A stretch of 64,000 bases of DNA from Octopus sinensis (lineage: Eukaryota), in the NCBI RefSeq assembly GCF_006345805.1, contig NC_043007.1, forward strand, positions 868,001 to 932,000. Reading direction: 5' to 3'. The notes below the pieces were generated by a model that was not told the DNA's origin, searched no databases, and saw only the letters and a program-made list of their open reading frames with translations. Position numbers and translations under genes: made by a program. Below, one piece after another: positions 51,715 to 63,945 of the stretch (the stretch's first letter is position 1; each line of letters begins with the position of its first letter).

Positions 51715-52128
51715 CCCTTTCGTTACTGTATATATTTTGAGATGCTCTGTGTTTCTTTCAATTACTTTTAAATATAACAAAGAATTTAGTAAAATAACTT
51801 AGATATCATTCAGCTAGTGTTAGGAACATAAATTGTGACTAAGGTTTGGTGGAAGATTTTAATTCAAAACTTATGAAAACAAGACATTCATACTCAGAGC
51901 CAGAGCTGGTTTCAGCCAGGTTGGTAATGAAAGGGTTAACCCTTTTTTTGGTGTATTTCTGTTGAAAAATCCTGCTTTTGTTGGAATTAATTTTGTCATT
52001 ATCAATCTAATGTTGGCACTTATTTTAAAATGAAACTCTGATGGAAGTTTTTAATTTTGATAGTTTTAAAGCAGGAAGTTTGAATCACAGACTAAGAACT
52101 GGTCTTGTGTTGGTTGGTATTAAAAGGG
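51715..52128 (-). mobile_element. Two adjacent piggyBac-type MITEs sharing one TTAA (51715-51935, 51940-52128)
   Basis: AAAGGG-TTAA-CCCTTT junction at 51930-51945. Confidence 0.82.
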
Positions 52129-52639
52129 TGTCTAACTTCTGTGTTCCTTATCCTTCCGAATTTTCAGTCAGTGAGTCTGTAGCTTACTTTTGCAAAAGTT
52201 GATTAAAACCTTTCAAATATTATCTTGGGAAAAGATTTTAAGTTATGATGATGATGATTACAAAAAATCTGAGTGATTGAAATAGGTTTTCCTTGAAGGA
52301 AGACATATTTCCAACAACTGATTAAGGTTTGCTACTTAAAGATATTCCAAACAGCTAATTAAGCTTTCCTACTTAAAGGTATTCAAGTATTTTGAGCTAT
52401 TCACCAGAATTACTGGTTTCAAGTTATAATTAATAATTTAAACATTTGTTTCTGTGATTATGAAATCGTTAATATTTGAGTCTTTAAATTTATTGTGACT
52501 AAGAAAGGGAATTTCTGTGTATTCTGGTGTCCTTTCATTTTAATACATAGTTGGAAAAATATTTATTGGGATCTGTGGCAGGTTCGACATCCTATAGTGT
52601 TTAAAAAAAAAAAGAAAAAGAAGAAAAAAAGATAAGCCG

Positions 52640-52905
52640 CAGGCATGGCTGTGTGGTAAGAAGCTTGCTTACCAACCACATGGTTCTGGGTTCAGTCCCA
52701 CTGTGTTGCACCTTGGGCAAATATCTTCTACCATAGTCTCGGGCCAACCAAGGCTTTGTGAGTGGATTTGGTAGACGGAAACTGAAAGAAACCTGTCCTA
52801 TATATGTATGTATGTGTGTGTGTCTGTGTTTGTCCCTCCTCATCACTTGACATCCGATGTTGGTGTGTTTACATTCCTTTAACTTCGTGGTTTGGCAAAA
52901 AAGAC
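52640..52905 (+). mobile_element. OR-type SINE, 3'-truncated
   Basis: Family homology. Confidence 0.82.
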
Positions 52906-54467
52906 ATGAATCACTAATGTGACTCTGTAACCAATGATTCTCATGTGGGCAGTACTGCTCCTTGAAAGGTGGTGGAATATTTTATATAGCTACTAGGGAC
53001 TAACGTAAAAAAATATTTTTTTAAATACAATATTTTGACAAACTGCTTGTTAGATGCGCTGTTTAATCTTGAAATGAGATCACCATGTTCAGCACATATG
53101 GTTGTGATGCATGTACCTGGTGTACCCTTATTGGGCAGGTAGTCATGATGGGTATACTGGGCTTTGTATATTTTAACCCAGTGTCACTTTGATGGCATGC
53201 ACTATTCTCTCACTCAGTAGTAGTAATAATAATAATAATCCTTTCTACTAAAGGCACAAAGCCTGAAATTTTTGGGGAGGGGACTAGTTGATCACATTGA
53301 CCTCAGTCTTTTACTGGTATTTAATTTGACCCCTAAAGGAATGAAAGGCATGTCGACCTTGGCAGAATTTGAACTCAGAACATAGACTTTTGAAATGTGA
53401 ATAAGTAAATAACCGATAGAATGTGTACCACCCATGCTTACCCCCTTTGCTTATAGCAGTGTGGTAAATAGTCACCTGTGCCAAACTGGTATTCAGATCT
53501 GACTCACTGTGGCCTGATATTGTGTGTCGGTGCTTTAAAAATGGTGTGATGATGTCCAACTGTCTGGTGTGGGCTGTGAGGAAGAGGAGTTAAAAAAAGG
53601 GAGTGGGATGAGGGGTTATAGTTAAAAGAAAAATTGAGAAGCAACACTTTGTACATATGACTAAAATAAAAACAGGATTATCTTGTTTTGGAGTAACTTT
53701 GATCACAGCCTTATGAAGCACACAGCTAAATATGGGGGTGAACAACGATTCTATGCATTTGGAAGAAGTTATTTACTTTTGTTATATAAATGCCAGTCTG
53801 TTGCAAATTTGTAAAAATTTTTCTTTGTTTCTTTCTTTTCTCCCTTGTTTTCTAAGCAAACAAAACAGTTGTCTGTATATTCAGTGTTTCAACTGAATAA
53901 AGTTCATTTACTGCCAGGTCATTAAGAGCTAATTAATCTTCGTCTGGGGTCCAGTGCTAATGAAGAGACACAAGTAAACTACAGTCTTAATGACCTGGCG
54001 TAATTTTGTATGATTATAATAATCTGTGATTAATACATATTTACTCTCAGAATCTCTCCTTATCGCTGTCTACCTGTCTGTCTCTTTACTACAAACACAC
54101 ACCCACTCTCTCACATACATTCATTTTATCCTGCATTTATCAACGATAGCATCATTCGTTATAGGTTTCCAATAGGTTACTTATTGGTTCATTGCATTTC
54201 TGATGGTGATTGATGATGTATTTGTTCCTAGGCCTTTGGATACCTGTATCTCTCTGTGATAGCTATTCCAACAATTTCTAGAAGTCAGTTCTGAATGTTG
54301 ATTATCGAGTGAAGAAAGCTGTCGTGTGGGGTCTTGGAAGCAGATGTGGAGAGGCCCTGGGCAGGAACGACTGTACTGGCCTTCGGGAAAATGATGCATT
54401 TCATACTATGATGGTAACATTGTTCTGCTGGACTGTGATTTACATGCATTTTGTAGAGCAGTGTTGC

Positions 54468-54665
54468 AGCAAGCTGGCACGCCGGGCGAAATGCTTAGCG
54501 GTATTTCATCAGCTGTGACGTTCCGAGTTCAAATTCCGCCAAGGTCGACTTTGCCTTTCATCCTTTCGGGGTCGATAAATTAAGTACCAGTTACATACTG
54601 GGGTTGATCTAATCAACTGGCCCCTTCCCCAAAAGTTTCGGGCCTTGTGCCTAGAGTAGAAAAGA
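54468..54665 (+). mobile_element. Meta-domain SINE with alternative tail
   Basis: Meta core present; tail ...CCTTGTGCCTAGAGTAGAAAAGAA. Confidence 0.8.
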
Positions 54666-57539
54666 ATGTTGCTCTGCAACACACATGTTTTCTATTTCAT
54701 AAGCTGTTGAGGAATTCGTTCATTGCATTAGCTTTGTCAGTTCTAAGACCTTTCCTTTGGACCACTGTGTGTTGGTGAAGTGTTCTGTGTGAGATTCATT
54801 AGACAGGTGAATTAATGCCTCAGATTTGTGCTTTCAAAACAGTGGCTCATCCTTTTTTCAGTGCTCCAGGCCTCTGTGCAGTTCTGGTATACAGTGGGGA
54901 TATATCTGCTTGCTCCCACCTACTCCTGTTAATGGTTCCTTTTTGGAATATGAGCTGCCTTTTTAAAGGCAAGCTGCAATTCCTAAAATGCTGCACAAGG
55001 TTTGGTAGGGGTTCCCCCCCTCCTTTTGACCTCTCCTTGATAAAAAACCCATTGTTTATTAATTAGGTCACAGTGATCTTTAGTAGACTACTACAAAATG
55101 TGACTGTGTGGATTCTTAGATATCACTGTAAAATCCTGGTGGGTAGTTAGCCGCTGGTACTTAACATACATTTTACACTCACCAAGACTTGGTACACTTA
55201 GAGGATCTGGATGCTGTACACAAGGAGAACTTAACGCTTACACACTAATACAAATATACATGCATACATATATAGTTCCATTTTAGCCATTATAGTTAAG
55301 ACCATTCTGGTGCACTATCATACATGCACATGTTATGTACACATGTTATGTGTGTGTATTTATACGCACAATCACACATGTATACATATAATTTTGGTTA
55401 TGTGAGTGTACATTTATTTACCTGGGAAATAGTTGTGATTCATTCCACCACTAGTCTGATTTTCTCCCCATGTACAGACTTTCAGGCTGTGTACTTCTTA
55501 ATTAAGACTGATTCTCATTGGTCAAGAACAGTCAGGTGTAAAGTTGTGTTGTGTGCACAAGTGGTTGCTGTCTACACTATCAGATAACTGCTTGTTAGGG
55601 TTAGAGATCAAGTGTATTGCATTTGGTTGAGACTAGCCTGTCAGGATTTGAATATATTCCAATAGAAATGGTCTCCTTTCACTTCTGGGAAGTAAGATTT
55701 TGGTTATCTTCAGTTTGAGGATCTGGGATTTTTCAGATAAACATAGGATGCACTGTTTTCCCTCTTTTTGCTGTTTTAGGGACAAAGGGTGCTCTGTCCA
55801 TGATATTTAAGGTTTTGCAAACACCTTCACTTCTGCCTTTAATTTCTAGGGGTGTGTGTGTACAGTAATTTTCCTTTATTTTTTAATGTCACATTTCCTA
55901 ATATGAGAACTGTGTTAGTGTATTTTTCTAAAATTTTAACAGATTTAGAGTTCATAAGTCTATATTATAATGTTGCTTGTTTGTTTGTTTACATGTTACA
56001 CTTTAGTTTGTTGGAGAGGAGGGGAGGTGGAGTGAGAGTGAGTAAGCTAGCAGAGAGCCACATCCACTAACCACGTGATAGCATGGTTAGTGGAAGTAAG
56101 AGGTGAAGGGGAACGGAGAAATGTTAACAATGTGAAGAGGAGAATTTACATGTTTAAAAAGTTTGTTGAAGTGAGAGAAAGGAAGTATTTAGCACAGGGA
56201 AATTTTAAAATCATATAATATATTGTGACTTGAAGTGAAATAACTTAGAAAATAGCTGTAGATTTTTTTTTTTTTTAATTTGCAATGGAATAAATTCTAA
56301 TCATATAAATAAAAACATTATGTATAGTCTTTATATCATTTGTGTGCATTAATTGTATATAATGTAAAGTAATTACGATAGAATATTGCTTGATAAGGAA
56401 TATGCAATTATATGCTGATTTTGCAGTTTCAGTAGAATTAAATATTAACGAATGATGTTTGTTTTATGTATTGTATAGATTGTTACTGTATACTTTTGTA
56501 TCATTTATTGCACAGGTAACAATAAGATTTATATACAACAAAAATGCAAATCATCTCTTCTTTCTTAAATAGCTTCTCTTAATTTTCTTCATTCCGTGGA
56601 CTTTCCATGGGTCCTGCTAGTTCTAAAGTAAGTTAATTATTTCCTCAGTTAATTATTATTACTGTGTTAAAGTGTTTTGTATAAGTTATGTTGTGTTTTA
56701 GCTCAATATCTAAGTAAATCAGCTGTTTAGGTAATAATTACAAAATTAAAGGATCTAACTATAAAATTAATTACCTTGGTTCGTTAAGAACAATCACTGT
56801 TGACCTATTGTATCTTAAATCTGCGTACCTTCATTTAAATTTCATGTGTCCACAATTCAACATCAACATCTTAGCTGCATTGCTACTTAACTTGACTCTC
56901 CAGTGCAAACCTTCTTCTGATGTCATTATTTTGCTTATTGTTTGTTTATTTATTTAATTTTTTTTTTAATTGTTGCCACTTGGAGTTATGTTGGTGATGT
57001 AATTATATAAAGCTAGAATTGAAAGTTTGATATATAAAAAGAAAAAAAGTCTACTTGAAATAGAAGCTGTGTGAATATGGCAAGTTACTGAGCCGTGTTA
57101 TATATCTGGTAACCATCAAATACTGTGAACTGGCGAGCATTGTTGGCAAATTGTTTGGTTTAGACTTTTTCCAAATTTGGAACAGTATGGTAAACAGTGC
57201 ATTAAACAATTCCTTGCTTTCCTTTTTGTCAATTCAGTCTTCATTGTTGCTGTCTTGTCGACATTGAATTATTTTTCGGCAAATTTTTTCCTTCCCCGTT
57301 TTCTTTGTTTCTTTTTTGGCTCTTATATATCTTTGCTTAAATCTTCTGGTTGCTTTCTTGGATTAGATATTTGCTCAATATTTGATGTGCTAAATGCTTT
57401 GCCTATTTTCTTTGTCTCTTTTTTGGCAAGGTTCCTTATTTTTCTCTTCTTTCCTAAATTGTTCATTGAATACCTAACACCACTTCTAGTAACTTAGATA
57501 ATCTCAACTTTCTGCATCAATTTCTCGTTGACTCTCCAG

Positions 57540-57602
57540 GAGAAAACAAGCTAAGCATCATGATTCTAGCAGTGGAACAGAGTCCTCTAGTGGCACTGAT
57601 TG
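57540..57602 (+). CDS. Candidate 63-nt internal exon (phase 2/2: RKQAKHHDSSSGTESSSGTD)
   Basis: Acceptor TTTCTCGTTGACTCTCCAG|, donor TG|GTAAGT; also open in phase 1. Confidence 0.58.
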
Positions 57603-58698
57603 GTAAGTACTTATTAAAACTAGGGAGGTAACTCTGTTATGTTCTGGAACTTGAGTAAATATTCCGCCATTCCTACGAAACACTTTTTAATGTCTGAAAT
57701 TTGTTGACATGTGGGAATTTTGTTGTTCACATATTCAGATATTCTGTATGAAAGCAATAATGGAAGGTTTTATTTATTTATATGTGGCCCTTTGAATACA
57801 AAATGCTGGCAAGTGAGCAACGTTTTTGTGGCTGAATTTAAATTGCCCTTAATTGTTGTTACCTAATCAAATGATCCCATATTTTCAGGCTGAGAATGAA
57901 ATATCCTTTTTTTTTTCTCTCCTTGTTTTCTGTTGCTATTTAAACTGGTCATGCTGTTTTATTACAAATACAGTTTATGCAGCCTGCTTCTTATGCTTTA
58001 AATTACATTGGTATTTTTGTCCATTGTGGAGCATGCAGGAACAACAATGAACTAAAACCTAGTCTAGCATCTCTCATAAGTAAGTTTAGTCAAATTTAAC
58101 AAACAGTTTCAAAATCCTTATTTTTTTAAAAAAAACTTCATTTCTATATTAACAAGTAAATTTTGTTCTGGGTTTTTCAATTCTTTTTTATTTTTACTTT
58201 TATTTAATTACTGCTTTTGTTTTAAATTCTGGATATTATTATTATATATTTTTTCCCGCAGACTTAAATTAGGAAGTTCTTTGGAAAATTAATCCAGTTG
58301 GTTGGTATTAGTGCAAGAACTACTATAAATGGACATAGCTGATATAAGCTTCATAAATGGATATATCTTCTTAATGAAAGAGTTTTTGTTAGATAGTTCT
58401 CTAAAATTAGTCAGAGAAGAAGAAATGTTGATGAATTACGGAATTAGAATAGTTATAAATTAGTCTTTAAAATTTTTCTTCTTCTTCATTATCCATTCAC
58501 ATTTTGAATGATCTGTATGTGTGGATTTATATTTTTTAATCTGCCATTAAAAATAGTTCTTAAATAGACCAATGTCTTAGCGAAGGAACTGAAGGAAGAA
58601 TACTAGTCTGCCAGCCTTCATTATTGGAATCATTACTTTGAGCTTTGAGCCAGGATAGGGAAAGCACATTATTCAACTTGATTTAGTTTACCAAAGTG

Positions 58699-58729
<31 letters not shown>

Positions 58730-58750
58730 CAAAAATACAAAATGGGACAA

Positions 58751-58917
58751 GAACGCAAAACATCCAGAAGACGATACAAAAAACACGGATGGGTCATTCG
58801 AAGCCTTTAATCTTCAGTCAAGAACCGGATCATCCTCGCAATTTCGGGTACTGAAGATTAAAGGTTTCGAATGACCCGTCCGTGTTTTTTGTATCGTCTT
58901 CTGGATGTTTTGCGTTC
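58751..58917. repeat. Near-perfect palindrome derived from the 62.4-kb terminal-repeat family
   Basis: 68-bp arms (58751-58818, 58850-58917) with 2 mismatches, 31-nt spacer, next to (AT)n. Confidence 0.88.
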
Positions 58918-59346
58918 GTACACTTTGTTCTCTTGTATATAATGTGTCATGGTTGATTAGTTTATAATAAGTGAGAAGCAATCACTTGCAAAAAAAGAAT
59001 GCCCAGAGAGAGAGAGAGAGAATATGATGGAAATGAAGCGGTTTGATCCCAGTTTTGTGGTAATATGTTGTTGTCATGTGGAGAAATGAAATTTATTGCA
59101 AATGTGAAAGTGAAATATTAACCTAGTTCATTATTTTGCTATCTAGGCATAAAGAAGAGAATGGTTAGCTGTGTGTGTGTGTGTGTGTGTGTGTGTACGT
59201 CTAAAGTGATGAGATTGTAGTACAGGTCTAAATGCCAAAATGCCATGCAGTTTTATTTTGTTTGTTATTTACATGTTCAAATCACAGTAAGGTCACTTTT
59301 GGTTTTCATGTCTCTTGTATCTTTTCAAATTTCTTTTTTTTTCTTC

Positions 59347-59387
<41 letters not shown>

Positions 59388-61154
59388 TTCAAAATTATTC
59401 AGAATTTTGTTAATGTTTATTTTTAGTTGACTAATATATTTTTTAGAATTAATTTTGTTGTTTAGAAAAATGTCTAAATATGAAAGAAAATGTGTTGAAT
59501 ATCCATGTAATTCTTTCTACATTTGTATGTTCATAAACACTGAATTTAAATCTAAATTTACACAGGATACTTGAACCAGGAAAGTATGTTGAATATATTA
59601 AATATTTTTTTTTAAAAAAGAGAAAAAAATTGCTTAAACACGAGGAACGGGGAAAAGTACATCGAAATATTTTGTTAGGTAGAAATGGTTTTAAAAGATG
59701 GAAATAACGCAGCAGATAACTTTTAATAAAATGCTATGTTATTTATGCTAAGTTTATTGTAATTATTCTTTGAGAAGAATATTGTATGCTTTAAGAATTA
59801 AATTAAGAATTGCTTGGAGAGCAAAGTAATTTCCAAGTTTTATTGGTGTTTAAAAGCTAGAAGGCACGTGGAAAGCCATTACCATATTTGCTAAAACCAT
59901 GGAAATGTTGATATTCCATATTATTGTACAAGCTTTTGTGAATTCTAGTTCATGGCGTTGGGGCTAGGATTGTTTGGTTTCTAAAAGGAGGGGGAAAAAA
60001 AATTGTGGACGAATATTAAGAGAAAAATACAATTATTTTCGAAAATATTTGTAAGCGCTGCTGTTATCTGCAGAAAATTATCTGCATTTTAAACAGCATT
60101 TCTGTTTTTAAAATGTTTCTTGGTGATGACAGCACATTGTATAAACTTTGAGAATAGCACACCAGGATTGTTATTGGAACATGCAAAATGGATTTGGGAT
60201 TTAGCAAAACAGAAATTGCTTAAGAAAATGTTTTGATATTGTTTATCTTTCCTCAGCTACTCTGCTATGATTAATTGTTTTTCTTTTATTTTAGTTACTA
60301 AAGGAAATTTGAATTTATATTTTTATGAATTTGCACCAAATTGTAAAAAAAGAAATTTTTTAAATCCAAATATTTTTTAATATATGTATTTTGTTTGTTA
60401 ACGAAGCCAATATAATTAATATTAGCAGAATTAGCTGTGATGTAACTATTGCAGGTTTTGTACAACTGAAGAAGCTGAGAAAGTGAATATTTGGATGCAG
60501 TGTTCAGCCATTTTGATTTTCATGTTTTTGTTTTTTGTTCCTTTTTTTCCCCTTTCTTTTTCTTTTTTTCTTTTAATATTTCAATAAAATAGATTCATCT
60601 GATTATCAACAATTGTTTTGTCCTCCAAGCATTAAGACAAGTTGATTAAACTGATTGCTAATGACTTCACAAAGAGATAGCAGCAAACTATCTTGCAGAT
60701 ATTTGGAATCACAGACAGACAGACAGACACATACATACACATGTCTTGAGAAACGGTGTCAGCAGCTCTGGGACTTTCAGTAAATTCAGGAAAACCGTTT
60801 TAAATGCTATTTTAAAAGTCTAAATTCTTCTTGGCGCTTTTACCTGTTTCATTTGACTGCGACCATGCTGGAGCACCGCCTTTGGTCAAACTAATTGATC
60901 CCCAGGACTTATTCTTTGTAATCTGAATATTTATTCTATCGGTCTCTTTTGCTGAACTGCTGAGTTATGGGGACGAAAGCACACCGACATCGGTTGTCAA
61001 GCAATGGTGGTGGAACAAGCACACAAATATACATACATACTTCCGAGACCTTTGGAAGTATGCTGTGCGTGAGAAAACCCGGCAAGACCAGTGAGAACAG
61101 TCAAAATCAAACCAAATATCAGAAAGCAGAACCAAATTGAGGTCGATCAACATC

Positions 61155-61688
61155 AGGGCCCCTGTGCAGGTGACACGTAAAAGCACCATCCGTTCGTGGC
61201 CGTTTGCCAGCTCTGTCTGGCCCCCGTGCCAGTGACACGTAAAAGCACCATCCGTTCGTGGCCGTTTGCCAGCCCTGTCTGGCCCCCTTGTGGTGGCATG
61301 TAAAAGCACCATCCGTTCGTGTCTGTTGCCAGCCTCGCCTGGCCCCCGTGCCGGTGACACGTATAAGCACCATCCGTTTCGTGGCCGTTTGCCAGCTCTG
61401 TCTGGCCCCCGTGTTGGTGGCACATAAAAGCATCATCTGTTCGTGTCCGTTGCCAGCCTCGCCTGGCCCCCGTGCCGGTGACACGTAACAGCACCATCCG
61501 TTCGTGGCCGTTTGCCAGCTCTGTCTGGCACCTGTGCGGGTGGCACGTAAAAAGCACCCACTACACTCACGGAGTGGTTGGCGTTAGGAAGGGCATCCAG
61601 CCGTAGAAACACTGCCAGATCTGACTGGGCCTGATGAAGCCTTCCAACCCATGCTAGCATGGAGAACGGACGCTAAAAGATGATGATA
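61155..61688 (+). mobile_element. RTE-LINE 3' tail with ~7 tandem ~60-bp units
   Basis: Repeated GACACGTAAAAGCACCATCCGTTCGTG units, then canonical tail. Confidence 0.88.
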
Positions 61689-61689
61689 T

Positions 61690-61947
61690 CTATCTCTCTC
61701 TCTCTCTCTCTCTCTATCTATATATATATATAATACATACATACATACATACATACATACATACATACATACATACATACATACATACATACATACATAA
61801 TACATATATATCTATATTATATATATATATACATACATACATACATATCTATCTATATATATATATATATATAATACATACATACATATCTATCTATATA
61901 TTATATATATATATATTATATATATATATATATACACATCATATCTA

Positions 61948-62000
<53 letters not shown>

Positions 62001-62035
62001 CATATCTATCTATATATATATATATATATATCATA

Positions 62036-62080
<45 letters not shown>

Positions 62081-62089
62081 TCTATCATA

Positions 62090-62127
<38 letters not shown>

Positions 62128-62130
62128 TAT

Positions 62131-62164
<34 letters not shown>

Positions 62165-62184
62165 CATCATATCTATCTATCTAT

Positions 62185-62220
<36 letters not shown>

Positions 62221-62236
62221 CACATCAATCTATCTA

Positions 62237-62281
<45 letters not shown>

Positions 62282-62389
62282 TCTATCTATCTATATATAT
62301 ATTATATATATATATATATACATCATATCTATCTATCTATATAATATATATAATATATATATACATCATATCTATCTATCTATCTATAT

Positions 62390-62420
<31 letters not shown>
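61690..62420. repeat. (CT)n/(ATAC)n/(AT)n array with recurring CATCATATCT motif
   Basis: Direct observation; array resumes at 63431. Confidence 0.93.
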
Positions 62421-62423
<3 letters not shown>

Positions 62424-63431
62424 GGTAAACAGTAAAATTAATACAGACATGGACAGAACATGAAACACCACAGAGACGACACAAGAACCACAGGATGGAC
62501 ATCGAAGCCCTCAGTCATCAGTCAAGAACCAGATCATCTTAGCAATTTCGGCTGATTAATCTTGAGATTGCTCCGATATGGCAGCCCGCCAAGGGAAATC
62601 TAAGCCAAGCGCATTAGATCCCCTGGAAGAAAGCTTCGAATGTATACAACGAAAGGACGGAAAACGATCGAAGTACACAAACAAAAATACAGAATACGTG
62701 ACACCAATAAGAATACAAAAACGTAAAAACAATAACGGTAAAAATAAAAAATAAACAACACAAAACAAAACCAGACGTAGGACAGGGGTCTTTTGACAGG
62801 ACGATTTGAGTATGGGGCTGGCTTGTGAAGTTGTGCCTAAAGGCCACGGGGAGACGAACAAATACGTGTTTGCTTCTGCGGCTGCTGAAAACGAAAAGAG
62901 CGCTCAACAGCGGCTAGCTGTCACGTGAGAACAAAAGACAGGAGAAAGGGACAGATGAAAAGGGAGAGAAGGTGGACGAGGGAAGGAGAGAGAAAGAGAC
63001 AGATCGAGGGGGCTGGAGGTGAGAGAGATAGAGAAACGTAGAAGGGGGGGGGGAGACGGATGGAGAGGGAAGAAAGGAAGTGGATAAGGGAGGAGAGAGA
63101 GAGAGAGAAAAAGAGACAGATTAAGAGTCGTATCAAAGCTAGAGAAAAAAATATACTTATCGTATAAGGACAATTGTGGATACGTAGCCGCCGATTATAT
63201 AGGTAAACAGTAAAATTAATTACAGACATGGACAAGAACATGAACAACCACAGAGACGACACAAGAACCACAGGACGGGACATTCGAAGCCCTCAGTCAT
63301 CAGTCAAGAACCAGATCATCTTAGCAATTTCGGCTGATTAATCTTGAGATTGCTCCGATATGGCCAGCCCGCCAAGGGAAATCTAAGCCAAGCGCATTAG
63401 ATCCCCTGGAAGAAAGCTTCGAATGTATACA
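62418..63431 (-). mobile_element. Non-coding element with ~230-bp direct terminal repeats (Penelope pLTR/retrozyme-like)
   Basis: 62418-62648 repeated at 63196-63431; ~550-bp non-coding purine-rich interior; inserted in an AT minisatellite; hammerhead core motifs on the minus strand. Confidence 0.7.
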
Positions 63432-63440
63432 TCATATCTA

Positions 63441-63491
<51 letters not shown>

Positions 63492-63504
63492 TACATACAT
63501 TCTA

Positions 63505-63561
<57 letters not shown>

Positions 63562-63574
63562 CACACATACATGA

Positions 63575-63945
63575 CAGGCTGCTTTCAGTTTCCGCCTACC
63601 AAATCCAGTCGCAAGGCTTTAGTTGGCCTGAGGCTATAGAAGAAGACACTTGCCCAATGTATATATATATATATACATACATATCTATCTATCTATCTAT
63701 CTATATATAATATATATAATATATTATATATATTATATATACATACATATCTATATATATATATATATATATACACACACATACACGACAGGCTGCTTTC
63801 AGTTTCCGCCTACCAAATCCAGTCGCAAGGCTTTAGTTGGCCTGAGGCTATAGAAGAAGACACTTGCCCAAGGTGCATTGCAGAGGGACTGAACCCGGAA
63901 CCATGTGGTTGGGAAGCAAGCTTCTTACCACACGACCACTCCTAT
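63575..63945 (-). mobile_element. OR-type SINE head with duplicated ~90-bp segment
   Basis: Family homology. Confidence 0.8.

Noticed and set aside
54282-54413. 44-codon open frame before a GTAACA donor
   Set aside because: Phase 0, incompatible with neighbouring candidate exons; weak acceptor; no recognisable homology
56890-56940. Second TTGACTCTCCAG acceptor suggesting a mutually exclusive exon
   Set aside because: No downstream donor found
57177-57497. 106-aa hydrophobic + ORF and Lys-rich antisense frame
   Set aside because: T-rich polypyrimidine region upstream of an acceptor suppresses stops; the antisense frame has two stops
60454-60481. Possible next exon (FCTTEEAEK)
   Set aside because: Weak polypyrimidine tract and donor; unsupported
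60965-61557. 120-150 aa repetitive minus-strand ORFs (also 23605-24081)
   Set aside because: Arise from tandem ~60-bp units in the RTE 3'UTR
61155-61560. CRISPR-like regularly spaced repeats (also 26967-27881)
   Set aside because: Spacers are themselves homologous, no cas genes, eukaryotic TE context
63270-63303. Simple type I hammerhead using CTGATGA..GAATGTC on the minus strand
   Set aside because: GAAT instead of GAAA and no helix I pairing; the permuted model fits better
63575-63870. Identical ~90-bp SINE duplication; single-base indels between the 62.4 and 63.2 kb repeats
   Set aside because: Could be long-read or assembly artefacts next to microsatellites; not interpreted biologically
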